Assembly: GCA_045605825.1 (NCBI GenBank)
Contig: JAZUQS010000060.1
Span: 302-64,301 of the forward strand
Reading direction: 5' to 3'
DNA: 64,000 nucleotides
From: Acutalibacteraceae bacterium
GTDB lineage: Bacteria > Bacillota > Clostridia > Oscillospirales > Acutalibacteraceae
How positions within the stretch are numbered: the stretch's first letter is position 1; each line of letters starts with the position of its first letter. Both the position numbers and the translations under genes were made by a program. This document shows positions 56,371 through 64,000 of the stretch, in pieces. The notes beneath the pieces are model-generated. The model searched no databases and had not been told where the DNA came from. It saw only the letters and a program-made list of their open reading frames with translations.

Positions 56371-57810
56371 TTATTTAACTTTTAAAAATTCTTTTGGGTT
56401 TTTCATTTGAGCAATAGCTTCTTCACGGGTGATTTTACCGTTGTTTGCTTCTGTCATAAGCTGAACGTCGTGGTCGGATAATCTGTAAAGCATCCAACAA
56501 ACAGCACCGAGAGCAACACCGATTGCGGGTACCATTATGAAGATGAACCATAAGCCCTCAAGTGTTTCGGGAGTCTGAGTAATGCCAAGCTCTTTAAGCT
56601 GTTCGAAGTTTTCTGCCTGAGAAACGTCTTTCCAACCGATAACACCAAGAAGGAAAAGTGAAAGAGCAGATGAAACGGCACCTGTAAGCTTAACCATAAA
56701 GGTCTGAATAGCGAAGGTGATACCTTTTGCTTCGATACCTGTTTTGAATTTGCCGTATTCTGCACAGTCGGGTGTGAACATAAATACCATAACGCCCATA
56801 ATACCCTGAGGAATAGCACGGAGTACGCAAAGCACGATAAAGAGAATCATATTGCTGTAGCCGATGAGCCACATAACGATACTGAGAGCAACCTGAAGCA
56901 CTGCACAAGTAAGATAAATCTTCATCTTGTCGTACTTTGCAACGAACTTGGGAACAAGTGCTGCAAACACAAGCATAGGTAATGCTGAAAGCACCATAAC
57001 TACCATACTGAACATTGAGTTGTTGAAAAGGTAGAAGGAAACGAAAAGATTAAGTGCATTCATTATGTTTAATGAACTGTTGAAGAAGTAACCGAAGTAG
57101 TAAAGAAGAAGATTCTTGTTTGAGAAAAGATATTTAAACATCTTTCTGACTGTAAAGCTTTCGTCAACCTCGCCGCCACAACGTTCAACACCGTATTTGC
57201 AGATGGGGAACATTGTAGCAATAGCACCGATAGCAACAACGATTGAAACGATGCTATAAGAAAGACCAACGCCTTCACCAACAAGAATTGTTGCGATAAC
57301 AGTTGAAATACCTGAACCTAAACCGCCCCAGATACTCTTATAGGACTGTAAAGCAGTTCTTTCATCAACTCTTTCTGTCATTGCGGTAACCATACCGTAA
57401 ATCGGCACGTCGCAAAGAGTATAAGCAGTATCCCAAAGCATATATGTAATTGCATACCAAGCTAATTTAAAAGCTTCACTGCCGTCTTTAGGCATTGAGA
57501 AAAGCAATACTGTTGAAAGAGGAATTGCGAAAAGAGAAATCTTTAACCAAGGGATGAATTTTTTACCGTTTTTAAAACGGACTTTGTCAAATATAGCACC
57601 GAAAATAGCATCATTGACAGCATCCCAGATTTTGATAACTAAAGTAATACCTGCCGCTTTTGTAACGTCAAGCCCTTGGAAAAGTAAAGCAGCTGTTAAG
57701 AATGACGTTACGAGGGTGTAAATCATATTCTGACCGCAGAAATAAACGTAATAGCTTTTACGCTCCTTGTTGGTGGTCTGCCACAAGGGATTTTTATTTG
57801 GTTTTGCCAA
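56371..57810 (-). CDS. GPH/MFS-family glycoside:cation symporter
   Basis: Start moved to TTG 57810 (GGAGTGGAG upstream). The track start at 57894 adds a non-homologous hydrophobic leader. DAVNDAIFG motif and about 12 TM segments. Confidence 0.72.
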   Translation of the reverse strand: MAKPNKNPLWQTTNKERKSYYVYFCGQNMIYTLVTSFLTAALLFQGLDVTKAAGITLVIKIWDAVNDAIFGAIFDKVRFKNGKKFIPWLKISLFAIPLSTVLLFSMPKDGSEAFKLAWYAITYMLWDTAYTLCDVPIYGMVTAMTERVDERTALQSYKSIWGGLGSGISTVIATILVGEGVGLSYSIVSIVVAIGAIATMFPICKYGVERCGGEVDESFTVRKMFKYLFSNKNLLLYYFGYFFNSSLNIMNALNLFVSFYLFNNSMFSMVVMVLSALPMLVFAALVPKFVAKYDKMKIYLTCAVLQVALSIVMWLIGYSNMILFIVLCVLRAIPQGIMGVMVFMFTPDCAEYGKFKTGIEAKGITFAIQTFMVKLTGAVSSALSLFLLGVIGWKDVSQAENFEQLKELGITQTPETLEGLWFIFIMVPAIGVALGAVCWMLYRLSDHDVQLMTEANNGKITREEAIAQMKNPKEFLKVK

Positions 57811-57946
57811 TAAAATCACTCCACTCCTATTTTTATGTGAAGATACTACCACACATAATAAGTTAATATATATTGTAATACTTTGGAAAAACAATTACAA
57901 GTATCAAGTTTTATGAAATATTAAAGGAATTTATGTGCATAAAAGC

Positions 57947-57986
57947 AAAAAAGTTGCCGTCAGTTTATTCTGACAGCAACTTTTTA
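57947..57986. terminator. Orphan terminator-like hairpin in a divergent intergenic region
   Basis: Stem GTTGCCGTCAG / CTGACAGCAAC (one mismatch) with loop TTTATT, an A-run before and a T-run after. No upstream convergent gene on either strand. Confidence 0.5.
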
Positions 57987-58060
57987 TAAAATTTAATTTT
58001 TTATCTTCTTTCGTTTTGTTTGTTTTTGTGTTCGTTTTTATATATTTTTACCGTGAAAAA

Positions 58061-58089
58061 TTGACAACGTAAGACAGTTGTGTTATTCT
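58061..58089 (+). promoter_or_regulatory. Sigma-70-type promoter of bioY
   Basis: TTGACA (58061-58066), 17-nt spacer, TGt-TATTCT (58081-58089). An ACAAC-N8-GTTGT inverted repeat lies within the spacer. Confidence 0.5.
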
Positions 58090-58107
58090 TCAACGGGGTG
58101 AAAAGAT

Positions 58108-58674
58108 TTGAAGCGTACAAGAAACGTTAACACACCTTTAAAAAGTAACTTAAGGACTGTTGTTCTTATATCACTTTTTTCTGCAGTTATTGCGGTATGC
58201 TCGTTAATATGTATCCCGTTTACCGTACCCTTTACAATGCAGCTTTTCGGAGTTTTTTGTTCTTTTTACCTTTTAGGCGGTAAAAAAGGAACTCTTTCAG
58301 TTTTGCTGTATATCCTTATAGGTGCGGTAGGCTTACCTGTTTTTGCAGGCTTTCGGGGTGGGTTCGGTAGCTTGTTTGACGCTACCGGGGGATTTATAAC
58401 GGGCTTTGTATTTTCCGGTTTAGCGTATTGGCTTTCAACGAAAGCTTTAGGGAACAATAGATTCGTAAAAGAAATTTCCTTATTGATATCATTGTTGGTT
58501 TGCTATATCTTCGGAGCAGGTTATTTCGCTCTTTTTTACAGCAGAGGGGAATATTTAAAAAGCCTTGCATCTGCAATAGTAACTTGCGTATTACCTTTTA
58601 TAATACCCGACTTGTTAAAGCTTGTTTTAGCAATAACCGTTTGCCGTAAAATCGAAAAATACAAAATAATTTAA
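58108..58674 (+). CDS. bioY: Biotin transporter BioY (ECF S-component)
   Basis: 188 aa, TTG start (GGGGTGA upstream), 5-6 TM segments. TVPFTMQLFGVFCSFYLLGGKKG and GFxxGF motifs resemble BioY. Confidence 0.78.
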   Translation: MKRTRNVNTPLKSNLRTVVLISLFSAVIAVCSLICIPFTVPFTMQLFGVFCSFYLLGGKKGTLSVLLYILIGAVGLPVFAGFRGGFGSLFDATGGFITGFVFSGLAYWLSTKALGNNRFVKEISLLISLLVCYIFGAGYFALFYSRGEYLKSLASAIVTCVLPFIIPDLLKLVLAITVCRKIEKYKII

Positions 58675-58690
58675 GAAATTAAATTCCTTT

Positions 58691-58732
58691 AATCACACAC
58701 TCTTTTTTTGAAGAGTGTGTGATTATTTTTTT
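58691..58732. terminator. Bidirectional rho-independent terminator
   Basis: 14-bp perfect stem AATCACACACTCTT / AAGAGTGTGTGATT, then TATTTTTTTG. It sits between convergent bioY and the GH38 gene. Confidence 0.85.
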
Positions 58733-58733
58733 G

Positions 58734-61199
58734 TTAATCGGGAATACCCTCGAGGAAGTCAGTTTCTTTAACCTTTAAGTTGTGATCAACACGGAAGGTT
58801 TTGATTTCATGCTTTTTAATATCAAACCAGAAGCCGTTATCGAAAAGCTTTGACATAATGTAGCAACGTGTGTTTTCAAGACCCTTTGTTTCGTAAAGTC
58901 TTATGATAAGGTCGCCGCTACCGTCCTCGCAACGCTTAAGTGCCGTAATAACAACGTTATCAGCATTAGTATAAAGGAAACAATCCTTTTGAGGAAGTGT
59001 GCCTTTATGATAGCCCTCGGGTACAGCAACGATATTATTGTTGAAAAGGTGAGCCTCTTTAACGATATCGCTTTCCTCAGCCTCGCCTGAATGAAGATAA
59101 ATTCCGTAAGAGAATCTGTTCATTCCTTCATCGGTGAAGTTGAAGTTTGCATCAGGTCTGTAAGAATAATGGTCTGCAAAGATAACGTTTCGTAAGGCTG
59201 TTAATCTTAACTCTGCACCTGGGCAATCGTAGCTGTATTTTGAATCGCTGATAACTGAAAGACCCATTCTGTTACCGTTTTTAGTAACTGTAAGATCTGC
59301 CCAGTTAAGCGCGGGTTCTTCGTCACCGTCGCAGGGACGTTTAATAAATCCGCAAGGAATTTCATAGGTTGAAATTTCTTTCTTACCGCCAACGGGGAAT
59401 GCGAATTTGAGAAGAGTGAATTTTTCCTGCCAGAGAGCTTTACAGTCAACTTTGATAGTTTTCTGACCTTTTGCAAGGATGAATTCCTGCGTTAAATAAG
59501 ATTCGTTGAATTTGTGTACCGTGCGAATTACAGAGCGAAGAGCACCGTTTTCAACTCTTTCAATGCTTACAAGCTCCATAAGACCCTTGATATTATGAAA
59601 TTTGAAAACGTTGTGAGCCCAGGTATCTGTTTCGTGGTCATCAATAACCGTGGGGATTGAAAGGAAGTTGTCCTCTGCGTAATCAACGCCAGTTTCTTTA
59701 TTTACAAGGCTCTTGATGTAGCCGGTTTCGGAATCAAGCTCAACAGAAACGAATTCGTTTTCCATAAAGAAGTTGTTTTCACCGCTTAATTCCTTATCGG
59801 CTTTAAGATTGTCGCATTCAAGCCAGTAAGTTGAATAACCAAAGGGTGCAACCTTTGCCATAAATAAAGTGTCAAGATGCTCGTCGTTTGAGCGTGATGA
59901 ACGCACGTTCTGGAAAAGCACCTCGTTGCCCTCGCTGTCGGTAACTGCTTTTGAGGGGTGGTACATTCTAACGGGCATATTTACCTCGTATGAATGAGGG
60001 TTGAAAACTATTACGGGACGGGGAAAGCCCTCTCTTGCACCTGAGTAGTGACGAGCTTCTAAAATAGCATCGCTTATACCCTCAACCCAGGTGTCAACCT
60101 TACGTGCAATTTTAAGAACCGCATTATTGTAGCTTTCTGAAGCGATATTTAAAGCGTAGCCTTCGCTTTCTTTAACGTCCTCATAAGCCTCCATAATAGA
60201 GCAACCGCATAAAATATCGTGGAATTGGTTAAAGCAAACCTTTTTCCAGGCATCCTCAAACTCTTTTGTTTTAGGAGCAGAATCTGTAACGATAGAAGAA
60301 ATAGTATCCCATTTTTCTGCCGCAGCAAGAGCATTTTCAGCCTTGCGGTTTAAAGCCTTTATAAGAGAGGTTGCACTGTAGCAACCGCTTGCGTGATGCT
60401 GAAGCTCATCCTTCCATACGGGAAGGTCAAGGAATTGACCTAACATTTCTTCAAAATAAGCATCGGGTGAAGAGAATTCGAGGTCGTTGTAGCCTTCTCT
60501 TTCAAGGTTTTCTATAAGATATTCAATATCGCCTTTTGTAGGCCCGCCGCCGTGGTTGCCTACACCGTAGAAGAGCATCATACCGTGACCTGCTTCTTCA
60601 GCACGTCTGTTGATGTCTTCCATTTTATAATCTAAAGCGTTTTTACCGTCTGCACCGTAGCCGTTGGGGATTTTAAAGGCTATAACACGGGAGCCGTCGG
60701 CACTGTCCCACCAAAAAAGATTTTCGGGAATCTCTGCATTTTCATTGGGGCAGGGACGGTGGAAAACGTAAGAGGTCATACCGCTCTTTTTAAGAAGCTG
60801 AGGCATCATAGCGTTGTGACCGAAGGAATCAACGTTGTAGCCTGTTTTACAGGTGATGCCGAATTTTTCGTAGTAATATAACTGGCTGTAAAGAGCCTGA
60901 CGGGCGAAGCTTTCGCCTGAGGGCATATTGCAGCCGGGCTGTACCCACCAGCCGTTTACGGGTACCCATCTGCCACGACGCACCATTGATTTGATTTCTT
61001 CAAACATTTCGGGGTCGATTTCTTCAACCCATTGATAATACGCTGCAGAAGAGCAGGTGAAAACGAAATCGTTATACTCTTTTAATCTGTCAAGAGCACT
61101 TCTGAAGGTCTGTAAAACTTCAGCACATCCCTCCTGCCATCTCCAGAGCCAGATAGGGTCAAGGTGAGCATTACCGATAAGTCTTGTAGTTTTATCCAT
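58734..61199 (-). CDS. GH38 alpha-mannosidase
   Basis: 821 aa. N-terminal IGNAHLDPIWLWRWQEG, and GVGNHGGGP. Confidence 0.9.
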   Translation of the reverse strand: MDKTTRLIGNAHLDPIWLWRWQEGCAEVLQTFRSALDRLKEYNDFVFTCSSAAYYQWVEEIDPEMFEEIKSMVRRGRWVPVNGWWVQPGCNMPSGESFARQALYSQLYYYEKFGITCKTGYNVDSFGHNAMMPQLLKKSGMTSYVFHRPCPNENAEIPENLFWWDSADGSRVIAFKIPNGYGADGKNALDYKMEDINRRAEEAGHGMMLFYGVGNHGGGPTKGDIEYLIENLEREGYNDLEFSSPDAYFEEMLGQFLDLPVWKDELQHHASGCYSATSLIKALNRKAENALAAAEKWDTISSIVTDSAPKTKEFEDAWKKVCFNQFHDILCGCSIMEAYEDVKESEGYALNIASESYNNAVLKIARKVDTWVEGISDAILEARHYSGAREGFPRPVIVFNPHSYEVNMPVRMYHPSKAVTDSEGNEVLFQNVRSSRSNDEHLDTLFMAKVAPFGYSTYWLECDNLKADKELSGENNFFMENEFVSVELDSETGYIKSLVNKETGVDYAEDNFLSIPTVIDDHETDTWAHNVFKFHNIKGLMELVSIERVENGALRSVIRTVHKFNESYLTQEFILAKGQKTIKVDCKALWQEKFTLLKFAFPVGGKKEISTYEIPCGFIKRPCDGDEEPALNWADLTVTKNGNRMGLSVISDSKYSYDCPGAELRLTALRNVIFADHYSYRPDANFNFTDEGMNRFSYGIYLHSGEAEESDIVKEAHLFNNNIVAVPEGYHKGTLPQKDCFLYTNADNVVITALKRCEDGSGDLIIRLYETKGLENTRCYIMSKLFDNGFWFDIKKHEIKTFRVDHNLKVKETDFLEGIPD

Positions 61200-62992
61200 T
61201 ATTCGTCACACTCCTCTATAAAGCCGAAAAATCTGCCTAACCAGTAGGATAAGGTGTAAACGTAACAGCTTTCTACGCAGAAAACACCGCCACTGTCTTC
61301 ATCCTTATATTCAAGGGGGTCTCGGTCTAATTTTGCAATAAATCTTTCATCGTTTGTGGGTAAAGCACTAAGGCTCTGATAACCGCCCATATACGTTCTT
61401 ACGGGTAAATCTCTTCTTGTTGTCATTGAAACGTTGCTTGCAAGACGGGATGCGTTGAATCTGTAGAACCATGTTCTGATACGCTCTTCATCAGGCTTTG
61501 CGTTATCAGGGTCGCTGAGGAAGTAGGGGAAATCGTAAGCAGGAGTGTATTCATCTGCAAGTGAAGTTCTCCAGCTTCTGAACGCCTGACGGAACAATTC
61601 TTTTCTTTCCTCGTCTTTTTCAAGAGTTGCAAGACCCCAGAAGGAAAGCACCGCTAACATATGGTCGCCGTACATGATTTCTTCACGCACGTCAAGACCG
61701 CCGCTGAGGCTTGACTGGAAGAATCTGTCAAAATGTTTAACCGTAAGCTTGTCGTAGCCCTTTTCGCAAAGCTCGTCAAAGGCTTTTTGGAATTTGCCTT
61801 CCTCACCGGTAATATGCATTGTAACTCTTAAATACATTAGAACTTCACCTGCATTGAGGCAAGCGTCAGCCCAGCCCATACCGGTATTGAAATATTCCTC
61901 GCACCATTTTGCCCATGTGGTAGGCTTGCCGGTTGCATCACGAAGAAGATAACCGTTATCAATGATGTGGTTCATAGTGTTTGTTGCCGCAGTTTTAAGA
62001 AGAAGGTCGTATTCAGGGTCTTCACAGCCTAAAAACTCGTGAGCAACAAGCAAATGCATATAATGATGAGTAATTTCGTCACTGCTTGTATCTGCTTTAT
62101 ATGTAATATCCGTGTGGTCAAAGCCTTCTGACGTGTAATATTTACTGAGCCTTTCGGGAATGGGAGCATCTGCTTTAACTTCAAGACCAACAATGTTTTT
62201 GTTTCTTGAGTCTGTTGTATTAATGCAGGATGCGGTAGCACCGTTTTTCTTAAAGAAAATACCGTCGTCGGGTACAGGCTCCTGACTTGTAAGATAAGTT
62301 CTTGCTACAAAGCCGTCGCCACGGCCTGCGATATACATAAGAAGAAGGTTTGCTTCACTTGCACGGAAGGCAACCTCTCTTGCACGGAGAGTTTCCTCTG
62401 CATAATCGCCCTTTTCTCTTTTAAGAGTTGCGTAGTGGAATATTTCACCCATAGCGTATGCTGAAGAGAAGCTACCGTCATTATCTGAATGACCGTAGGG
62501 AAGAGCTGATTTTAAATTACTTGCCTCTGAAAGACGCTTCTGGCTTACCATACCGTGACGTTGAACGTATGTAAGTGTTTCCTCTAAAAGCTTGTAGGCT
62601 TTTTCTTCAGAGGTCATTTTTACCATATCAATATGAGTTACACCGCTTGCGGTAAGCACCCATACACCGTCACCGTCGGCAACGATATTCTGAACGGAGT
62701 TGTCCATTAAATCTCTTTTTGCAGAGAAATACATTACAACGTCGTAAATGCTTTTTGCATCGGGGTCATAGCGGGTAACACCGCCCTCGCCACCGTACCA
62801 CATAACACCGTTGTTGCCTTCGCAAGAACAGGTGTAATCCTTCTTTCTTAAGGGAAGAGGGTAGGGGAAATCTTTAAGGTCGGGTTTTTGAGGTTTAGTT
62901 TCAAGAAGACTTTTCGGTACTTCAATGTCATATTTTTTATAATGACTTGAAACTCTTGTAAGATGAGGGTAAAGCTTGATTGGTTGTGCCAT
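61199..62992 (-). CDS. Hypothetical protein, putative glycan-active enzyme co-transcribed with GH38
   Basis: Start set to ATG 62992 (AAGGAGAG upstream). 597 aa. N-terminal propeller-like repeats (GVMWYGGEGGVTRYD, DGDGVWVLTASGVTHID), then a helical-repeat-rich region. TAATG stop/start overlap with the GH38 gene. Confidence 0.35.
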   Translation of the reverse strand: MAQPIKLYPHLTRVSSHYKKYDIEVPKSLLETKPQKPDLKDFPYPLPLRKKDYTCSCEGNNGVMWYGGEGGVTRYDPDAKSIYDVVMYFSAKRDLMDNSVQNIVADGDGVWVLTASGVTHIDMVKMTSEEKAYKLLEETLTYVQRHGMVSQKRLSEASNLKSALPYGHSDNDGSFSSAYAMGEIFHYATLKREKGDYAEETLRAREVAFRASEANLLLMYIAGRGDGFVARTYLTSQEPVPDDGIFFKKNGATASCINTTDSRNKNIVGLEVKADAPIPERLSKYYTSEGFDHTDITYKADTSSDEITHHYMHLLVAHEFLGCEDPEYDLLLKTAATNTMNHIIDNGYLLRDATGKPTTWAKWCEEYFNTGMGWADACLNAGEVLMYLRVTMHITGEEGKFQKAFDELCEKGYDKLTVKHFDRFFQSSLSGGLDVREEIMYGDHMLAVLSFWGLATLEKDEERKELFRQAFRSWRTSLADEYTPAYDFPYFLSDPDNAKPDEERIRTWFYRFNASRLASNVSMTTRRDLPVRTYMGGYQSLSALPTNDERFIAKLDRDPLEYKDEDSGGVFCVESCYVYTLSYWLGRFFGFIEECDE

Positions 62993-63218
62993 CGTTACTC
63001 TCCTTTTCATAGTTGGTACGTGCTTAAAACGCCGTTTTTCAGCATTTAAAACACCAAATTTTCACATCTTACATTCTATCAAAAAAGAAAGCAAATTTCA
63101 ATAATGTGCATAGAAAATATTATATAAAATTTTTAAATACATATTGGAATATTTGAAATAAAGTGGTATAATAAACGATATATTGAACAAATTCGTGCAT
63201 TTGAAAGGAAAATGCCTT

Positions 63219-64000
63219 ATGAATACATCTGTTTTTGAAAAATACGAATCCGAGGTACGCTCTTATTGCCGTAACTTCCCCGCAGTTTTTACAAAGGCAA
63301 AGGGTTCATATATTTTTGCTGAAGACGGCAAAGAATATATCGACTTTTTCTGCGGTGCGGGTGCGTTAAACTACGGTCATAATAATGACTACATAAAATC
63401 AAGAATTATTGATTATCTTGAGAGCGACGGTATAATTCATTCTCTTGATATGTTTACCTCTGCAAAGAGAGATTTTATTGAGTTTTTCGAGTCAAAGGTG
63501 TTAGAGCCCCGTGGCTTTAACTATAAAATTCAGTTCCCCGGTCCTACAGGTACAAACGCAGTTGAAGCTGCATTGAAGCTTGCAAGAAAGGTTAAAAAGA
63601 GAAACAATATTTTTGCCTTTATGGGTGCTTTCCACGGTATGACATTAGGTTCTCTTTCAATGACTACCGACAGAGATTCAAGAGAGGGTGCAGGCGTAGT
63701 TCTTACAGACGTAACCCATATCCCCACACCCTATATGTTCCCCGAGCTTGACGTTCTCAAATATATGCAGACTCTTATTGACGATGACCATTCAGGTATC
63801 TCAAAGCCTGCCGCAGTTTTCGTTGAGCCTGTTCAGGCTGACGGCGGTATTCACGTTTTCAGCGTTGAATTTTTAAAGGGCTTAAGAGAATTCTGTACAA
63901 GAAACGATATTCTTCTTGTTTGCGACGATATTCAGGTAGGCTCTGCAAGAACAGGTACTTACTTCTCATTTGAAAGAGCAGGTATAGTTCCCGATATCGT
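63219..64000 (+). CDS. Diaminobutyrate--2-oxoglutarate transaminase-like class III aminotransferase (EctB/Dat-like), N-terminal part; continues beyond the window
   Basis: Absent from the ORF track because it has no stop in the window. My translation from ATG 63219: MNTSVFEKYESEVRSYCRNFPAVFTKAKGSYIFAEDGKEYIDFFCGAGALNYGHNN...PVQADGGI...CDDIQVGSARTG. Confidence 0.72.
   Translation, partial: MNTSVFEKYESEVRSYCRNFPAVFTKAKGSYIFAEDGKEYIDFFCGAGALNYGHNNDYIKSRIIDYLESDGIIHSLDMFTSAKRDFIEFFESKVLEPRGFNYKIQFPGPTGTNAVEAALKLARKVKKRNNIFAFMGAFHGMTLGSLSMTTDRDSREGAGVVLTDVTHIPTPYMFPELDVLKYMQTLIDDDHSGISKPAAVFVEPVQADGGIHVFSVEFLKGLREFCTRNDILLVCDDIQVGSARTGTYFSFERAGIVPDI

Noticed and set aside
58061-58089. A BirA operator at the bioY promoter
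   Set aside because: The ACAAC-N8-GTTGT repeat in the spacer does not match the TGTxAAC...GTTxACA-type BirA sites I remember. It is kept only as a note in the promoter feature.

Overview
This 64-kb window looks like a low-GC Firmicute, probably a Ruminococcus-like member of the Clostridia. That placement is inferred from two dockerin-bearing secreted giant proteins, a perfect CIRCE operator on groESL, and gene content; no database search was run. Coding is dense on both strands. Housekeeping genes are mnmG, mnmA, groES/groEL, tRNA-Tyr(GTA), tRNA-Thr(TGT), pepD and bioY. Carbohydrate-use genes are a partial GH2, a DUF4091-like protein, a CE15-like esterase, a GH38 mannosidase and two GPH symporters. 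No transposase, integrase, CRISPR array or recognisable defence gene was seen.

The standout region is an accessory glycan locus at about 19.4-34.6 kb.
- It encodes a GDP-heptose-type activation set: an HddA-like kinase and a fused GmhB-HddC.
- It encodes SDR/cupin/SDR sugar-tailoring genes.
- It encodes a small soluble GT2 and two unassignable polytopic membrane proteins.
- Most unusually, it carries four tandem, diverged 635-642-aa cobalamin-type (class B) radical SAM paralogs.
- No Wzx, Wzy, priming transferase or precursor peptide is present.
- I regard this as the best candidate for an undescribed system: radical, possibly C-methylating, tailoring of a heptose-derived surface glycan.

Other notable items:
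- Two intergenic arrays in which a private 9-nt word alternates with small GNRA/UUCG-type hairpins and flips orientation mid-array.
- A nucleoside-hydrolase-like gene broken by one in-frame TAA.
- A duplicated gene-tail remnant.
- A PqqD-like ORF translationally coupled to an OPT peptide transporter.
- An orphan terminator-like hairpin in a divergent intergenic region.

All functional calls come from motif recognition by eye. Start codons were re-picked where a Shine-Dalgarno sequence supports it.
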